Shown: positions 23,985-37,519, counted from the whole stretch's first letter. The stretch: DNA of 59,641 bases, filler included, from Sphacelaria rigidula (GCA_964200075.2; 10 parts of 10 records of this genome joined end to end with filler, not necessarily neighbours in it), one strand, 5' to 3'. Notes: generated by a model not told the origin, from the sequence alone. Program-made: numbers and translations.

Positions 23985-26900
23985 AAATAAGAATAAGGTA
24001 ACAGTGCTGCTCCAGAGACTTCCATCGCGTCAAGGGCTCTAGAGACTCCAATACTCAAGCAGTTACACAAGTAACTGGCAGGGATCTCCGTCGGGGCTCA
24101 CGTCTTTGTCCCATGGAAATTTCCGACAAGAATCTGAGGTCATGTCCTATCCCACCCCGCTGCCCATGGCGACTAATGGTTCGACAGCGTGCACGGGCAA
24201 AGTGCGACATATTAGTCCCTATCCCCGCCATCCCGCTGAGTCTTAACCCACTTAAAATTGAACATAAATCCGCTACTGTTCGGAAGTCTGGGGATGCGTT
24301 GGATAATCGTAGCGGTGAGCTCGGCTTCCCGTTTTGCGGTACTACACGCTGCGGTGAAAATGGCAATATTTCGAGCGAGAAATATTCTGTCGATGACCGA
24401 AAAGGTCGTTTGGAGCTGGATTCTCATCGGTATCACCATTGCTGCTAAACGGCTACGAAGAATCTTGGGCGCTTCTTGAACGAGCACGCCCACTTGCTTC
24501 TGCTCCGCGGTGGTGAACGCCATGTATTGAGCTACGAGTTCGCTTGTGACAGGGTTGCCCATACATGGGAAATTACGCCACAATGAAACTGTCCCAAGCT
24601 CCATTTCAAACACCACGACCAGTTTTGACACATGATTCGTGCGAAGAAAATCGTAAGCATATCGAAGGTTGTATTCCTCAGTCCCTAAAAACAAGTGGAC
24701 AGATCCTTGCTACCCACGGCGGAGCAGTGTCGAGCATACACCACGGTTCGCCCCCGATACCCACACTAATTCAAACAGCATAAAAACTCGACGACGTCCA
24801 TAGGTTGCGTGTTTTCGATGAAAGTAGTCGCGCGAGGTGACCGGAACTCAAGAAACCTGTAAACCTGTCTAGAATCAGAACAAGGTCACAGTGCTGCTCC
24901 AGAGGCTTCCTCCCTGTCACTGGCGCCAGAGACTTCAAGACTCGAGCAGTTATACAAACAGCAGTCTTCGTAAAAAAGAAGTGACCTGCGCACCTCGTAT
25001 GCAAACATCACACGTCACGGAGTCCACTCGTTATCCATGAACCAGCCTAGAAACGCCTGCTATGCATTTTCTCCACTGCAGTCATCTACTGAATCAAGGT
25101 AACAATGTTGCCTGGGGTCTACAGCACCCCCAAAGCTCGCTTACTACCAACAAGAAGTCAACCTAGAGCTTGAAAAACTTAGACATCATTGTTGCCGAAG
25201 TCTACCGTCCTTTTTTACACAGAGTGACAATCCCAACCGCAGTATGCGATAACATCCACACAAGCTTGTGCAATTTCCGAACAACTCGCAAGAGATCCAA
25301 ATGTCCGTCGTGAACACGCGATCACGCTACTTGCATCGCTCCGACTCACGGAGCGATAGCTGACGCCCAATTCTCAAACCCATGCCTCAAACAAGTTTCT
25401 TGATTCCAAACCGACAAAAAATCTCAAACGTCAACGAACTTCAAATGCTAAAGCCATCGTGACATTTTGTCTCTCGCATTCGATACCGTTCTACATACAA
25501 AATGCTCTTTCGTACGTTCAACACCTGCACAACGGAGTGCAACAGGCAAGCAATATACCTGAAACTAGAATCAAATAAGTATCCGACACATCTAGAGCGC
25601 AGCTGGTCTTCTGGTTGTTCAACTCCGTGAAAACGTATGCATCGCGCACCTCTTCTTCGTGAAAGCTTCACGGCTTCAGTGCAACACTCAACTCATGAGT
25701 ATACTGAAGGAAAAGCCATGACTCAAACCGCTTTTTAAGCTATGTATACCAACCCAACAACGGCAAACGGACCGCGACCCCCGCCATCATTGATCACCCG
25801 TAAGAATATCGTTCTCGAGCGTGATTTACTGAGCACACCCCGGAAAGCACCCAGATGAAATATCCAAACTTGGATTCAGGACCGTTGTATCCTATCGGTC
25901 GATTAACTGCGAAGTAAAATGCAGCTCATGTCCCCACACACTTGCAGCTCACCTGCATAGCTAAATGGACACTCAATCCATATGATCCTTCCAGACGGAA
26001 ATGAAACATATTATCAAATGACTTTCCATAGCCAAAAATCACTCATTTTCAACCACGAAAAACACTCGCATTTTCCATGCGCACAGACGAGCCTACGCAC
26101 ATCGGGCTTACTGCTTATTTTAACGCGAACAGCATCAATCGTCAACCCTACAGTCAGTGCCCACAAACCGCACAAAGAGATTTCCGCCGCGTGTCTTTGT
26201 CAGCAGAAATATACGAGGTTCACCTCATCCAGCATACAGCAGTTAATTAAAAACTACCTCACCCTGACTCTTCGCCAGTTACCATGCGCACTAACATAAT
26301 TGAGCGGAAAATTCCACACATGCATGTCAGTATTTCACCCAGCGCATGCAATGCGATCTTCCTCGCAGCAAACAACATGCATCGTTTGTGCAGACCAGTT
26401 CAGCACAACTCACACATCCCAAATATCTACGTGTACGCCAAAGTTTTACCCTGCACACGCGATACGATCATACTCGCTCAAAAACCATGTTTCATGCACA
26501 CGTATGACCATTAACCACACAATAACAAGCTACAAGCATTCTCACATTATTCGCGAACACTAGTCATAATGTCTTTCCTCATTCTCAACAAGCACTCAAT
26601 CACCTCAGCACTTGCTCCTAAACATCAGCACTCAACGCGGTGCTCACCACAGCAGCAAGCAACTTACGTAATGCCTTCTTTGTAGTCCCCCAGTCCGCTC
26701 CTAAGAAATAGCAACACTCGAACCACGACCCCGTGCACAGCGTAGAGCAGCGTTTCCACTCGAACACTTGCTCCTTGCGCCATGAGTCCAGCTGCAGCTC
26801 GAATCCTCGTGAAGTCGCTCAGCTCTCCACTAAAAGGTATATCCGTACCGCCGAACCAATGCGATAAGCCATCTACCTCCACAGATACTTGGGCAGTACT

Positions 26901-27135
26901 GAACACCTGTGCTTCATTCAGTCTTACAGAGGGAACGAGAGGCGAAACGGGAACAGTTACACAGTCCCGAACAACAACACCTCCTGATGGCACACTATCC
27001 TACTGCGAACCTGTCTAGAATCAAAACAAGGTTACAGTGCTGCTTCAAAGGCTTCCTCCCTGTCACGGGCTCCAGAGACTTCAAGACTCAAGCAGTTATA
27101 CAAACAGCAGTCTTTCGTTGAACAGAAGTGACCCT
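23985..27135 (-). mobile_element. Relic tyrosine-recombinase retroelement (DIRS/Ngaro-like) with three ~100-125-bp direct repeats
   Basis: ORF 24212-24694 (-) has GNPVTS...STAKREAEL...FNFKWVKTQRDG followed by a frameshifted CPVHAVE, i.e. the box I RxxEL, KT and CPV motifs of tyrosine recombinases. Direct repeats at ~23985-24075, ~24860-24990 and ~27008-27135. Confidence 0.65.
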
Positions 27136-27254
27136 TCTTTACTCCCCTCACGAACACAACATGTTACATATCTAATAATCATCCTCCAAACCGTTGTCAC
27201 ACGATCCAAACTGATATCCATATGCTACTATACTCCTCATGCTAGAGGTGCTAC

Positions 27255-29773
27255 TGTCAGAAGTGCGAATCGCTCACAAAACATATGACTCGCCCTGAAG
27301 GTGGTTATATAGAGATGGGTAAAGCCGAACAGGGCACAGTAGTACAATACAGGGCAATGCAGTCCAGTCCAGTTCAGCAGAATGTTGTCTTCTCTCTCTC
27401 CCTCCGTGCGTTCCTTCCCACTGCTCCCACTACCTACGAGTATCACCATGGACAGGATTGCAAGAAACCTTTGAAGAGAGTGAACTCGTCCTGCCCCCAG
27501 CTATGTACGTGAACCGTTCGGCCTTCACCGTGGGCAATCTGGGTCCCGCTCATATTTCGAGTCAAATCATGCCAAGTCAGTATATGTGAACACAACACTG
27601 AATATTCATGGCAGCGCAGAGGATATATACAGCCGGCAGGCCACATGTGGCGGTAAAGGTGGACTCTGCATAACCAGGAAAGAGAAGAGCACAAGACAGT
27701 CACCATGATGTTGTCTGTTCCAGTACACACGCACGCTCCCTTACGTGGGACCCCAGAGCAGCTGGGTATAGAAGCAGCAACGCTTCTCTATTACTAACTT
27801 GTCGGAGTGCACTACATACACACGGCTCAGACCTCTCCTCCCTTCTTGCCTCCACAGTCCCGTCCGCGTCTTTCCTGTTCATTTCGTCATATCGGTGACG
27901 GTGGTTTGTTGGGGAGAGTCCATCGATGGGCCGCCTGAATCAGAGATGATCTCGTCTACCACGAGTGCGATTCGAGCGCTGTTTTTGCGTTATGTGCTTC
28001 AAATCACAATGCAAGTTGTGATGACTTCGCTTTTCGGGAACGTCCCACGCTCAGCACACCAGGCGGCAAAAAGTGTTTTTTTGCAGAGTTTTAGCGAGCG
28101 CTACGAGAGCTGAGAAGGAAGGAGGTCATCTTGCAGTGTGTGTCAGGGGTGTGGACGTGTATGTAGCGCCTAAACAGGGAGGACGTCGCTTAAATGCACG
28201 ATTTTCTCGTTTTAATGATGTTGTGTTTAATCAAGTGTATCCACATGGAAGAAAGGAAACGAGGATAAGTTGTCTATGGTCGAAGGCCAACACCCCCCCG
28301 ATTCGCACCCCTAACTGTATATTCTCTACAGCACCCGCAAGCTACGTCTTGCTCAAAAATAGTGAACGAGCTGATCATCTGTAGAAACCGACAATAAATG
28401 TGGGATGTCAATAAAGAGCAATCATGCAACCGATAACCAAGCGGTATACCCGAAGAACACCAATTTCATGATGCAATCCATTCACGAAAGACCCAGACAA
28501 CCAGTCACAGCTTGATACCATACTTGAGCTTCAGACGCTCCCGTACCTCCTTATTCAGTCTTGACTTTCTCAGTTCGAATCGTACAAACTGCGGCGCTCC
28601 TCTCCACATAACATTCAATGGCTCCAATGAACTTTCGTCCTCGTCGAAACCTACCCATTCAACGTGTACATCGTAGCAGTCTCCTTCGTGTGCCTCAGAT
28701 ATCCCCGCGACGATCTCCATCTCGAACTCCCCTTGAGCATAATGTGCATGCTGGAACACTTCCTTCAGATCCGCGGTGACCTCCAGTTCCTTGTCCGCAT
28801 AGTACCGAAGACGGGCGACATGCGCGTCTTCTACCGCGCCACTAACGATATTCCCAATCTCGTAGACATGTTTTTGCTCCGCTGCCACGATCCTCCAAGG
28901 CCCTGTCCACGTACTTACGAGTTTCGGCGTTGTTCCTGAGCGCCTAACCGGCGCTGCCAACACAAAGTCACCCACCATGAAATTCGGCAACTGTCCCTTA
29001 CTAGCTACACGTCGTTGCAGTTCACGAGTCTTCCAACACGCTGCGCCACCTCCTTGTGCAGCTCTTGCTGCGCCTCCACGACTGACGCCACCTTCTCCCG
29101 CAGCATGTCCTCATCCAGCACCTCAAGTCGCCACTCGCCGCTGGTCGACGATGCCAGGGTCGAAAACCTTGTGCGCGGCGCCCGTCCAAACATCACATGG
29201 TATGACGAACTGGCGTAGCGCTCGCGGAATGCCGCGTTCATTGCCCACTGTACGGCAGGCACCAGTCCCACCCGGTCACGAACGTCGTGCGTCTCGTCCT
29301 GAAGCATGGCCTTCGAAGTACGGACAACCTCTCGCATCATCCTTTCACACACACGTACCATTTGACCACGGCGAATTTGGAACCACGAACCTCCTGTCCA
29401 GCTTCAGCGGCTTCTCCAGTGCTCGCATCACATGGTTCTTGGAATGCGACGCGGTGTCACTAACCCAGACCTCCGGCGGACCCAGCGCCTTGCATCACGC
29501 CAGCAAATGCTGCACCGTCGCTGCAGCTGCACGAGACCCGGTGGGCTCCAACCACGCGAAATTGCACAGATCATCCATCATTACAAATATGTACTTGTAC
29601 CCGTCGCCTTCATCTACGCCGCTCTCGCCCAGTGAACCACTTTCGTCAACATACAGATTGTCAAAATGTATCACCTCACCGGGCCGTGTGTGCCATGCAC
29701 TGTCTCCCCCAGTGGCCGCGGGACCGTCTCACCCGCTTTCGAGTCCACACAATGCAAGCATTTCCTCACAACA
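27255..29773 (-). mobile_element. Ty3/Gypsy (chromovirus-like) LTR retrotransposon, 3' half: decayed integrase, GPY/F motif, chromodomain, PPT and putative 3' LTR (27255-28292)
   Basis: Integrase core remnants (VERMMREV-like, VPAVQWAMNAA...SSYHVMFGRAPR). ORF 28505-28990 has VGDFVL...PKLVSTWTGPWRIV...HVARLRYY and YDVHVEWVGFDEDESSLEP. A G7 tract lies immediately before TGTTGG at 28292 and CTGACA ends at 27255. LTR limits are tentative because only one LTR is present. Confidence 0.85.
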
Positions 29774-29882
29774 NNNNNNNNNNNNNNNNNNNNNNNNNNN
29801 NNNNNNNNNNNNNNNNNTTAATTAATTAANNNNNNNNNNNNNNNNNNNNNNNNNNNNNNNNNNNNNNNNNNNNAAGCGACAC

Positions 29883-30896
29883 GTGACTGCCGCCGTCGAG
29901 GTCCGCACCGAGACGGCGCAACCCGTCTTGCGCGAGGAGACGGCTCTTCAGGATGTGACGAAGAAGACGAAGAAGTTGCTGGCCGCGGCGGTCGACAAGC
30001 GCTTCTTCAAGCGTTACGACTTGGATGCCCCGGGCGCCAAACCCGACTTCCTCTTCGAGATGGCAACCTGCATGAATCCATTCCTCGCCGACCTGAACTT
30101 CCTTCCTTCCATCTGCAAGAGCAAGGAGATGGTTGTCCGCGTACGGGCGGTTGTTAGGAATAAGATCATTGATCTTATGACGGAGATGGCAGAAGAGTGC
30201 GAATCAAGCGAGCCCACTACGGTGGGGAGCCCCAGGGCCAGTGGTGCCAACACGAACGATGCTCGGCCCAAGAAGAAAAAGCGCCCCAGCGGGGGGCGGG
30301 GCCGCTCAAGCACCCCGTCGAAGGCAGCATCAAAGGGGGCCGCGCGCTTATTTGAAAGCGGCATGTTCGGGAACATCGTCAGGGGCAGGGCAGTGGGATC
30401 GGCACCGAAGACACAACGACAGCTGTGCGCGGAGGAATTTGACCGCTTCGTGCTTGCTGGACGGGAGGAGACCCTGGAGACGAAGCCCATCGAGGGCATG
30501 CTCCGCTACTGGTCCTCGGAGGGCTCACGTCTCTACCCGCTTATGGCGCGCGCAGCCCGAGTGCTGCTGTCAATCCCGGCATCCGCGGCCGTCTTGGAGC
30601 GCGACTTCAGCACCGCCGGTCGACTGATCACCGGGTGCCGCAACCGATTGGATGCCGCGCAGAACGAAATAGTTCTGTTTCTCAACGGCAGCTACGACAG
30701 CGTCCCCAAAGAGGTGCCGATGCTGTCGGACGCTCAAGCGTTGGCCGCCGTGCCTGAGCGGCTGAGCAACCCCTCGGAGAGCTTGCTGGCGCTCTCCGAG
30801 GGGCCCGAAGACGGGGATGATGAAAGCGATATCGACGACTTCATCGCCGAGCAGAGGGGATACGAGAAAAGAGACGGTCACGGGGCTGACGGATAG
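29883..30896 (+). CDS. hAT-superfamily transposase, C-terminal part with dimerisation domain (5'-truncated by the contig start)
   Basis: 337 uninterrupted codons. YWSSEGSRLYPLMARAARVLLSIPASAAVLERDFSTAGRLITGCRNRLD matches the hAT dimerisation consensus W...YPxLxxxAxxxLxxPASSxxxERxFSxAG...RxRL. Includes a PKKKKRP NLS-like motif. Confidence 0.9.
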   Translation: MTAAVEVRTETAQPVLREETALQDVTKKTKKLLAAAVDKRFFKRYDLDAPGAKPDFLFEMATCMNPFLADLNFLPSICKSKEMVVRVRAVVRNKIIDLMTEMAEECESSEPTTVGSPRASGANTNDARPKKKKRPSGGRGRSSTPSKAASKGAARLFESGMFGNIVRGRAVGSAPKTQRQLCAEEFDRFVLAGREETLETKPIEGMLRYWSSEGSRLYPLMARAARVLLSIPASAAVLERDFSTAGRLITGCRNRLDAAQNEIVLFLNGSYDSVPKEVPMLSDAQALAAVPERLSNPSESLLALSEGPEDGDDESDIDDFIAEQRGYEKRDGHGADG

Positions 30897-33544
30897 ATAG
30901 ATAGGCACCGGGATGAGCGGGATGTCCATTTGTTTGCTGTTCGTAAGCGAGATTGACGCAGTTGGAGCGGTCTCAATATCCCTCGTTGTTGGGTTGCTGC
31001 TGTTGGATGACAATGACAATTCCGTCGACGGCTCGGGAGTGGTATTTAGTGAGGAGGGGTTTGCAGCTGCCACGCCATGATAGTTGATCATATTCGTGCG
31101 TATCTTGAGGTAAGAGGCAGCGGGGGAAGCCTTCTCCCAAATCCCGTACCCAAATCTGAAGCTTTCTACACTAAAAATATGATATTACCATCACCGTGAA
31201 GAGGGGAGAGTTCCTTTTTCTTCTGGCGAAGGTGTGAAGCTGTTGATGAATGAGCTGAGGTGAGATGAAAGGTGAAGTGGACGGTGATTACTTGCGTGAA
31301 CTCTGGATTACGATGAGCGATTCGTCGACAGTTCAGGGAGTCGATATTTCGGATATTCCATCGATATTCACCGGTAAGTTTACACATAAATATACGTCAG
31401 TGTACTGCTTTTTCGTTCACTGTAAATGGTGGGAGGCCGTTTTCACTTGATTGGAGATCGCATCACGTCGCGTAGCAACGATAATCGGGTTCGCCTCGAT
31501 GAAGAAACAGATGTACCGGGGGTACGTTTCACGGTGGTAGAAATTATGAACCACAGCTCAAGGTTAAGAGGGAAATATTATAACTTGTAGGGGTACCCTG
31601 GGATACCTCGTCGTGGACAATATCATGAAACATTCAAAGATCGCGGGGGAAGGGATGGGGGGGGTGGGGCACGCGAATTAGTGTCGTCCTCCCGGTTGTG
31701 CGGCTTGAGGTGTGTTTTGTTTTTTGGAACATGCACCATGCGCGTAGTGATTTCTTGGCTCTTCACACGAAACGGATCCCCCGGTCCCGCCGTGTGCGGC
31801 GTCTTGTTCTCGCTCCCCACCCGTGATTCATGACTCATCCAGAGTAATCCAGATGGACTATCTGCACCGCGAGAGTCGTGGGCGCGTGACTATGCATACT
31901 TGCCACCGTGAGTATGTTACTATCACTATGACTATTTCCCCTCAGAATGTATGCCGGATGACTCCTGCGTACACAATAGTTACTCTTTGATTCGTGCTAG
32001 ATGACCGATTCGATGACAAAGTCATGGAGATTGTCTCCCTTCGGTGCGTGTGGATGAAGGTAGGGATGAATATGACTCACCCTTCGATAAACGTCACTGA
32101 ATGGATACATGTAACTCACCCTTTGCTTCATGCGGGGTGTAGGAGGAGTATGCGTTTTCAATCAGTCATCACGCGTACATGAACCATGACCCGTATATGC
32201 TTTCCAATTCTCGGTCGCATTACACAACGCAGTCGAGGAAAGATGTCCAGCTCGTTACTCGTGCATGACCTTGAGTATACAACTTCACACCCCCGTGACT
32301 GTACGGATGAACCAAACGTCCACGACTTGTCCTCGAACGTTCATCGGGAGTCAACTCGTATAAATCTTGATTTGTCCTAACCGTGGTAATTTCTGTAAGA
32401 CACTCTAACCAGTACCCGACAATTTTATCATTTCTGTGGGACGTTCATGCCGGTACCCGGTCTTCTGTGAGTTCTGTAAGGAATGTCATGTCCTACAGAC
32501 CATACCCGTACCCTACAGAACACAACCTTGCTACAGGGTTGTTGAACGGATGACATCCCGTTACAACCGCGGAAATAATGTCCAAGCTGCTATCGCCCCA
32601 ATGACAGAACATTCGCGTTTTTTTTCCAAATTCACTTGCCACTCACGCCGAAAACCGACGGTAAATGCCTGTCCTCTGATCCAGCAGATCACGACTATAC
32701 ACTCTTCACTGAGCCGTCTGACACCTTCAACTCACATGTGCACTTCATCAAGTGTTGGGGGTTGGCTAGTGCATGCTTCATACGTTTTCTTTCGAAAATG
32801 CGACATCCTCGACAAGCCGGTTGTTCCTCTGGCAACACGGGAGTTATTCTCAGCGAAAATAGACGCTCGACAACGGTTGGTAACGATATTCAACACGCAC
32901 GCGCTCACAGAGCATGACGAGTTTCACGCAGACATGCAAGCGCATGGGGAGTATGTGAGATCCTGCAGTACACATTCGAACCTCTATATTCCACACGATC
33001 AAATACACCCCCCGTGTCTCCTGGCTTCTTCACAGATCTTAAGGGATGACATCTGAAAATTCCCGTCTTCTCCACTCTCCGTCCTTTCTGGGACGCGAGA
33101 TCAATTTCCTCGAACACGCGTAAAGTGATGCTAGGGTACGGGTGCACTTTCAGACTAATGCCGAGATAGCTCCACCACAAAAAGTGCACCGGAGACCGTC
33201 CAAAAAACCGGCTGCGATCCCACTATTGGGCTCGTTTGCAGGAATTTCGCTCACATGAGAGGCGTGTAGCAGTTCAAAATCAGCTGCAACACCCAGTTGA
33301 GTCGCGTCGTGCGGCACAAAACCAGCTCTAACGGCGTTTATGATCATCGTCCCCGTGCACTTTTTCGGCCGGTTCGGGGGGAGGCTATCTCGGCAGCAGT
33401 CTTCAGTCCAAACGTTTTTCGGGGCTGCACACTAAGGTCCTACTGTTTGGAATCGAGAGGCTCCTGAAGTGCAAAGCGTTAAAAGTACATATCAATCAGT
33501 GCTTTTTTAGTTGATTCATTTGTTGCACCCTGAACCCCTGCCCT

Positions 33545-33822
33545 TCCTCGGGACGAGTCCGTGGTCTCAAGGAAGGGATCGGCCCATCTCTTGCATGTTG
33601 ATCTCGCTGATCATGACCAACACTCCCGCACCGCATTAACTCCCGTCGAACAAACCCAGCCAAGTACGTTTTGTCTACTCATGCACTCGCGCTTTCGATG
33701 GTGGAAATTAGATACTAGGGAGGACACACCTAATAAACCGAGACCCCAACTTACGATCTCTCTACCCTAGTGATGACAGTCAGACTTTTTTTCATTCACA
33801 CCACCGGGGCGCGGCGGCTATA
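33545..33822 (-). mobile_element. SINE-like dispersed repeat, related copy ~54175-54470
   Basis: Shared ttcctcggga.gagtccg.ggtctcaagg, cactcccgcaccgc.t.aactc, acaaac.c, gtctactc and cga.ggtg.a.at. Decayed tRNA-like head at the right end. Confidence 0.6.
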
Positions 33823-33849
33823 AATAGTGCACACCGCTATCATAGTAGG

Positions 33850-33950
33850 CACTTTCTACGGTAGCCCCCCCAAACCAGCCCAATACTGTCAAGCAGCAAA
33901 TGGTCATACAGCCCCTGATGTTTGGTTTCAGGTTGCATGAAGCGCCTCAA
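33850..33950 (+). repeat. Dispersed repeat end, second copy 17722-17825
   Basis: cactttctacg.ta.ccccc..aaaccagc.caa...ggtcatacagc.cctgatgtttg..ttcagg.tgcatgaagcgcctca occurs in both contigs. Confidence 0.75.
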
Positions 33951-36900
33951 GTGGGCGATATGGGTGAAAACGAACCCGAGCGTGGGATTTCCCAGCTGCT
34001 CGTTGTGCTCGGCTTTCTTCATTTCGATTCACGGGTAGAACTTTCATCCCCAACTCAGCCACTTTTTCAGGGTGGGCTATTGTCGAAATTGTCAGCATTA
34101 CTAGATACAAAAGAGGAGTCGCTTCTCTTTTTTTTTCGAATAATGAAGGGCATAGTCGATGAAAAAAAATGACCCGAGCACCGTAGACATCGTCCTCTTT
34201 CCCGTTTCTTGGCTTCTGAGGTCGGGTGGAATCCTCTGGATGATGCGCCATGCGCTTGGGGGAAAATACAAACATGCACTTGAATAATGCTTTCCTCCGA
34301 CGTCTGTGAAAATGAAGTTGACGTTGAGAATCGACTCATGTCTCGTAGCTAATTTTGGGCATCAATGGTTGGAGGTACCATATTAATCGTTGTATAACGT
34401 TTTAGTGTGTAAATACCACTCGCGTGGAGACATTGCTGCTACTACTGCTGCCACTACTACTGCTAAAACGCTGGTGACAACCAAACACTCTACACACGGG
34501 ACATCAGACAGCTAACGCAAGGGTGTTCCCCTCTGGTGCGATCCCGTGTGCTAGACTGCAGAGCGCCGCTCCCTCTCGCAAGTATACAGTACACCGATGA
34601 GATGGCGAACACGCCGCCCCCACAAGCTCATCACTTACCATGACTACAATTATGGGATCAAGTTCCGCGCAGTGCGCCTCGAGTACCCAACAGTAACCCG
34701 GGCAAGTTTGGAGAGGCGTGTGAAATAGCGTTGCTTCTTTGGTTGCATGTTATCGCTACCGTGCGCTCGTGTGCATACATGTGTACAGTATGAGCGTGGT
34801 CGGCATGCGAGGTCATCGGGACAGAGCGGGCGTGGAACAAAAGCGAATAGACGAACCTCGCGAAGCCCACCAGACTTTTCTTGGCTCTTGTCAATACTTC
34901 TTGATCGATTTCTCCAACATTATTGGCAAAAAACAAAACAAAATAATGACAAGCTTCGAAAAATTGCGCCCCTGTGATGGGAGGGAAGGGGAGGGAAGAG
35001 GAGAGAGGAGGAGGGAAGGGGAGAGAGGGGGAGGGAAGGGGAGCGGCTCCGTATCCGGAAATCTTCTCCCAACAGACCCCTGGTTGCACAACTCTTTTTT
35101 CCAGCTCTCCTCATGCTACTGACCTGGGCTGTAGCAATCTAACAGAGAGGAACGAAGTCTAGCCCAAGTCCGAACAACAAATAACTAAACAGTGCAACCT
35201 TCTTGACCTCTCTGCGGCAGATGAGGTTCAAGTAGCGCACGCGTATCCAGAAAAAATCCCGACAAGAATCATGGCAAACAACGAACAAATCGCTAATTTC
35301 AGTTTGATTATTTCATCACAATCCGTACCCATGAACTCGGTGCCGTACTCGAATGATTACTCACCGCCTGCCTGCTCTTCGTCATCTCTAGTACGCGATA
35401 CAGACTCATGCGGAAAATGACTTTCCGTGTACAAAACTATTCAAGGAATCTGTGAGACTATTAAACGGTCCCCATGGATCTTTCGCACGTACGAGCTCCC
35501 AGATTTTGACAGATTGAGGTCTCCATAGAATCGAGATTCGTCCCCAAAAACTAGTCCCACACAGCCAATTTACACGAATCTCGACATCCGCCACCCAATT
35601 TGACATCCGCGAATGCCGTGGACATAATCATGGCAACATGAAAACATTGTACCACAGAACAGCCCGACAATTACGTTTATTGGAACCGTACTTGCGAGTC
35701 ATCCTACGATGGGGGGGGGGGGGGTATTTGGTTGCCCGAAAAAAGAGNNNNNNNNNNNNNNNNNNNNNNNNNNNNNNNNNNNNNNNNNNNNTTAATTAAT
35801 TAANNNNNNNNNNNNNNNNNNNNNNNNNNNNNNNNNNNNNNNNNNNNTGGGTTTTGGAGGTGGGGGGGTGGGGGCTGTGTGGGGGTTCGGGTTTGGGGCA
35901 GGAGTTGGGTGGGGGGGGGTTATTATACACTCGGGAATAGTGTTGTAGCAGGGGGGCTGGAGTGCTGTTGAACATCCAATTGAGAGTGTCCTGATATTCA
36001 AGGAACAGCACAAAAAGTGAACATTGGGCAACATTTTGCTTTGCGTCTCCACACGCTGAGTTTTCTACTTTGCAGTGTACTGTGTTACTTTTTCGCTATG
36101 CATTGAAGGACGGGTATTTGACATATTATACTGAGTCATCGTTGAGGCTTTTGTGCTTTCGGAACCTGGCTAAATTTGGTCAATATAGTTGAAATACGAC
36201 TTCGTCTGCGGATTCTGTCTTCATGCATTACCGCATTCCAGTTCTGGTACACTTACATATTATGGGCACATAACCAAAAGGGTGCGCGTGAATGCCAGAA
36301 CTATTTTTTGATGGAGTGTTGTCCTCGAGTTGAGAATATTTTTCCTAGAAGAATATTGTACTCGGCGCGAATTGAGAAGTATATTGAAATGAGAGAGATT
36401 TGATTAAATATTCTCTTCAGGGGACTGATTGGTTTTGAATTCATTTGACTTTTGATGTTTTCGATGCCTCCCGGAAAATACTTGGAATGAAGAGATCTGG
36501 AAGGTTCATGATTGGTATAAAGGAGGAAATTGAAGTTTGACTGATCGTTGTTTATTCGCGGCAATCCGTGGAAATCTTCGTGATAATTACCACGTTCCAA
36601 TTGGGGGGGCTGTTTGGGGTAATCGGTCCGACATTATGATCTACGGGTACTGTAGTTGGAGAATTGTGTGGAGAATTACTATGCAGCGAGAAGTACGGTC
36701 AGCTGGCCTGACCGCGTTCCTCACTCGCCGGGGGTGATCCTCGGGGTATGTGTGGAAACGTCACCCAAGCTGACCTTCGTTTTAAAAGTCTACTCTAGAG
36801 GATCTTGGGTATTCGCGATCCTCTAGAGGATTCTCAACGTTGGGGTCTCCCGCGAAGGTCTATGTAAATATCAAAATCCTCTAGACTGTTTATGAAGGCA

Positions 36901-37519
36901 CGCGTGCTATGGAAATCGGGATTCGAACAGCCTCGGCTGTTCAAAATAAATCCTCTATGCCCGATTCCAATTTGAAATCGAGCAAAAGGATTTCGTTCGA
37001 ACAGCAAAGGCTGTACAAATTCCATTTACGCTGGCAGATGGAATTTGTAGAGCAAAAGCTGTTCGAAATAAATCCTAATTTTGTCCTCCAATTCATTCTG
37101 TAATTAGGCGAAAAAAAAAGCTTTTGCGAGCAGCCTCTACGGTTCAAGTCCCACATACTGGGGATGCGAGAGACAGGAGAAGTTGTTGGAAATTCATCCT
37201 CTTGCGTCCCAATTCGTATGTCAATTGGGCAAAAAGATCGAATTCTTCAACAGCCTTCGCTATATTCAAATCCCACCACACGGATTGCGAGTGTATGTTC
37301 ACACGGCCGTGTTGTACAGCTATAGCTGGTGGATATGGCGTGAGACGGGATTATACCTCGCTATTGCAGACATACAGGTTCTTGAAACCCCGTAGTTCAT
37401 GGTCTACGGAATGAAAACCAAAGCATTTCCTTTAATTATATACCCGAAAAATGCTGATCGCGGTTTACACTGTACTTTGATGACATGACGAGCACAACAA
37501 TACGCACGCGGGTTGATGC

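Noticed and set aside
6782..30896. A functional cluster or large element linking the PDE, lyase, RT, recombinase, integrase and transposase
   Set aside because: These lie on five different contigs joined artificially (only the recombinase and integrase share one), so there is no evidence of linkage.
30570..31091. 173-aa minus-strand ORF overlapping the hAT 3' end
   Set aside because: Over half is the antisense shadow of the GC-rich transposase frame, and the rest is S/T/P-rich with no recognisable motif.
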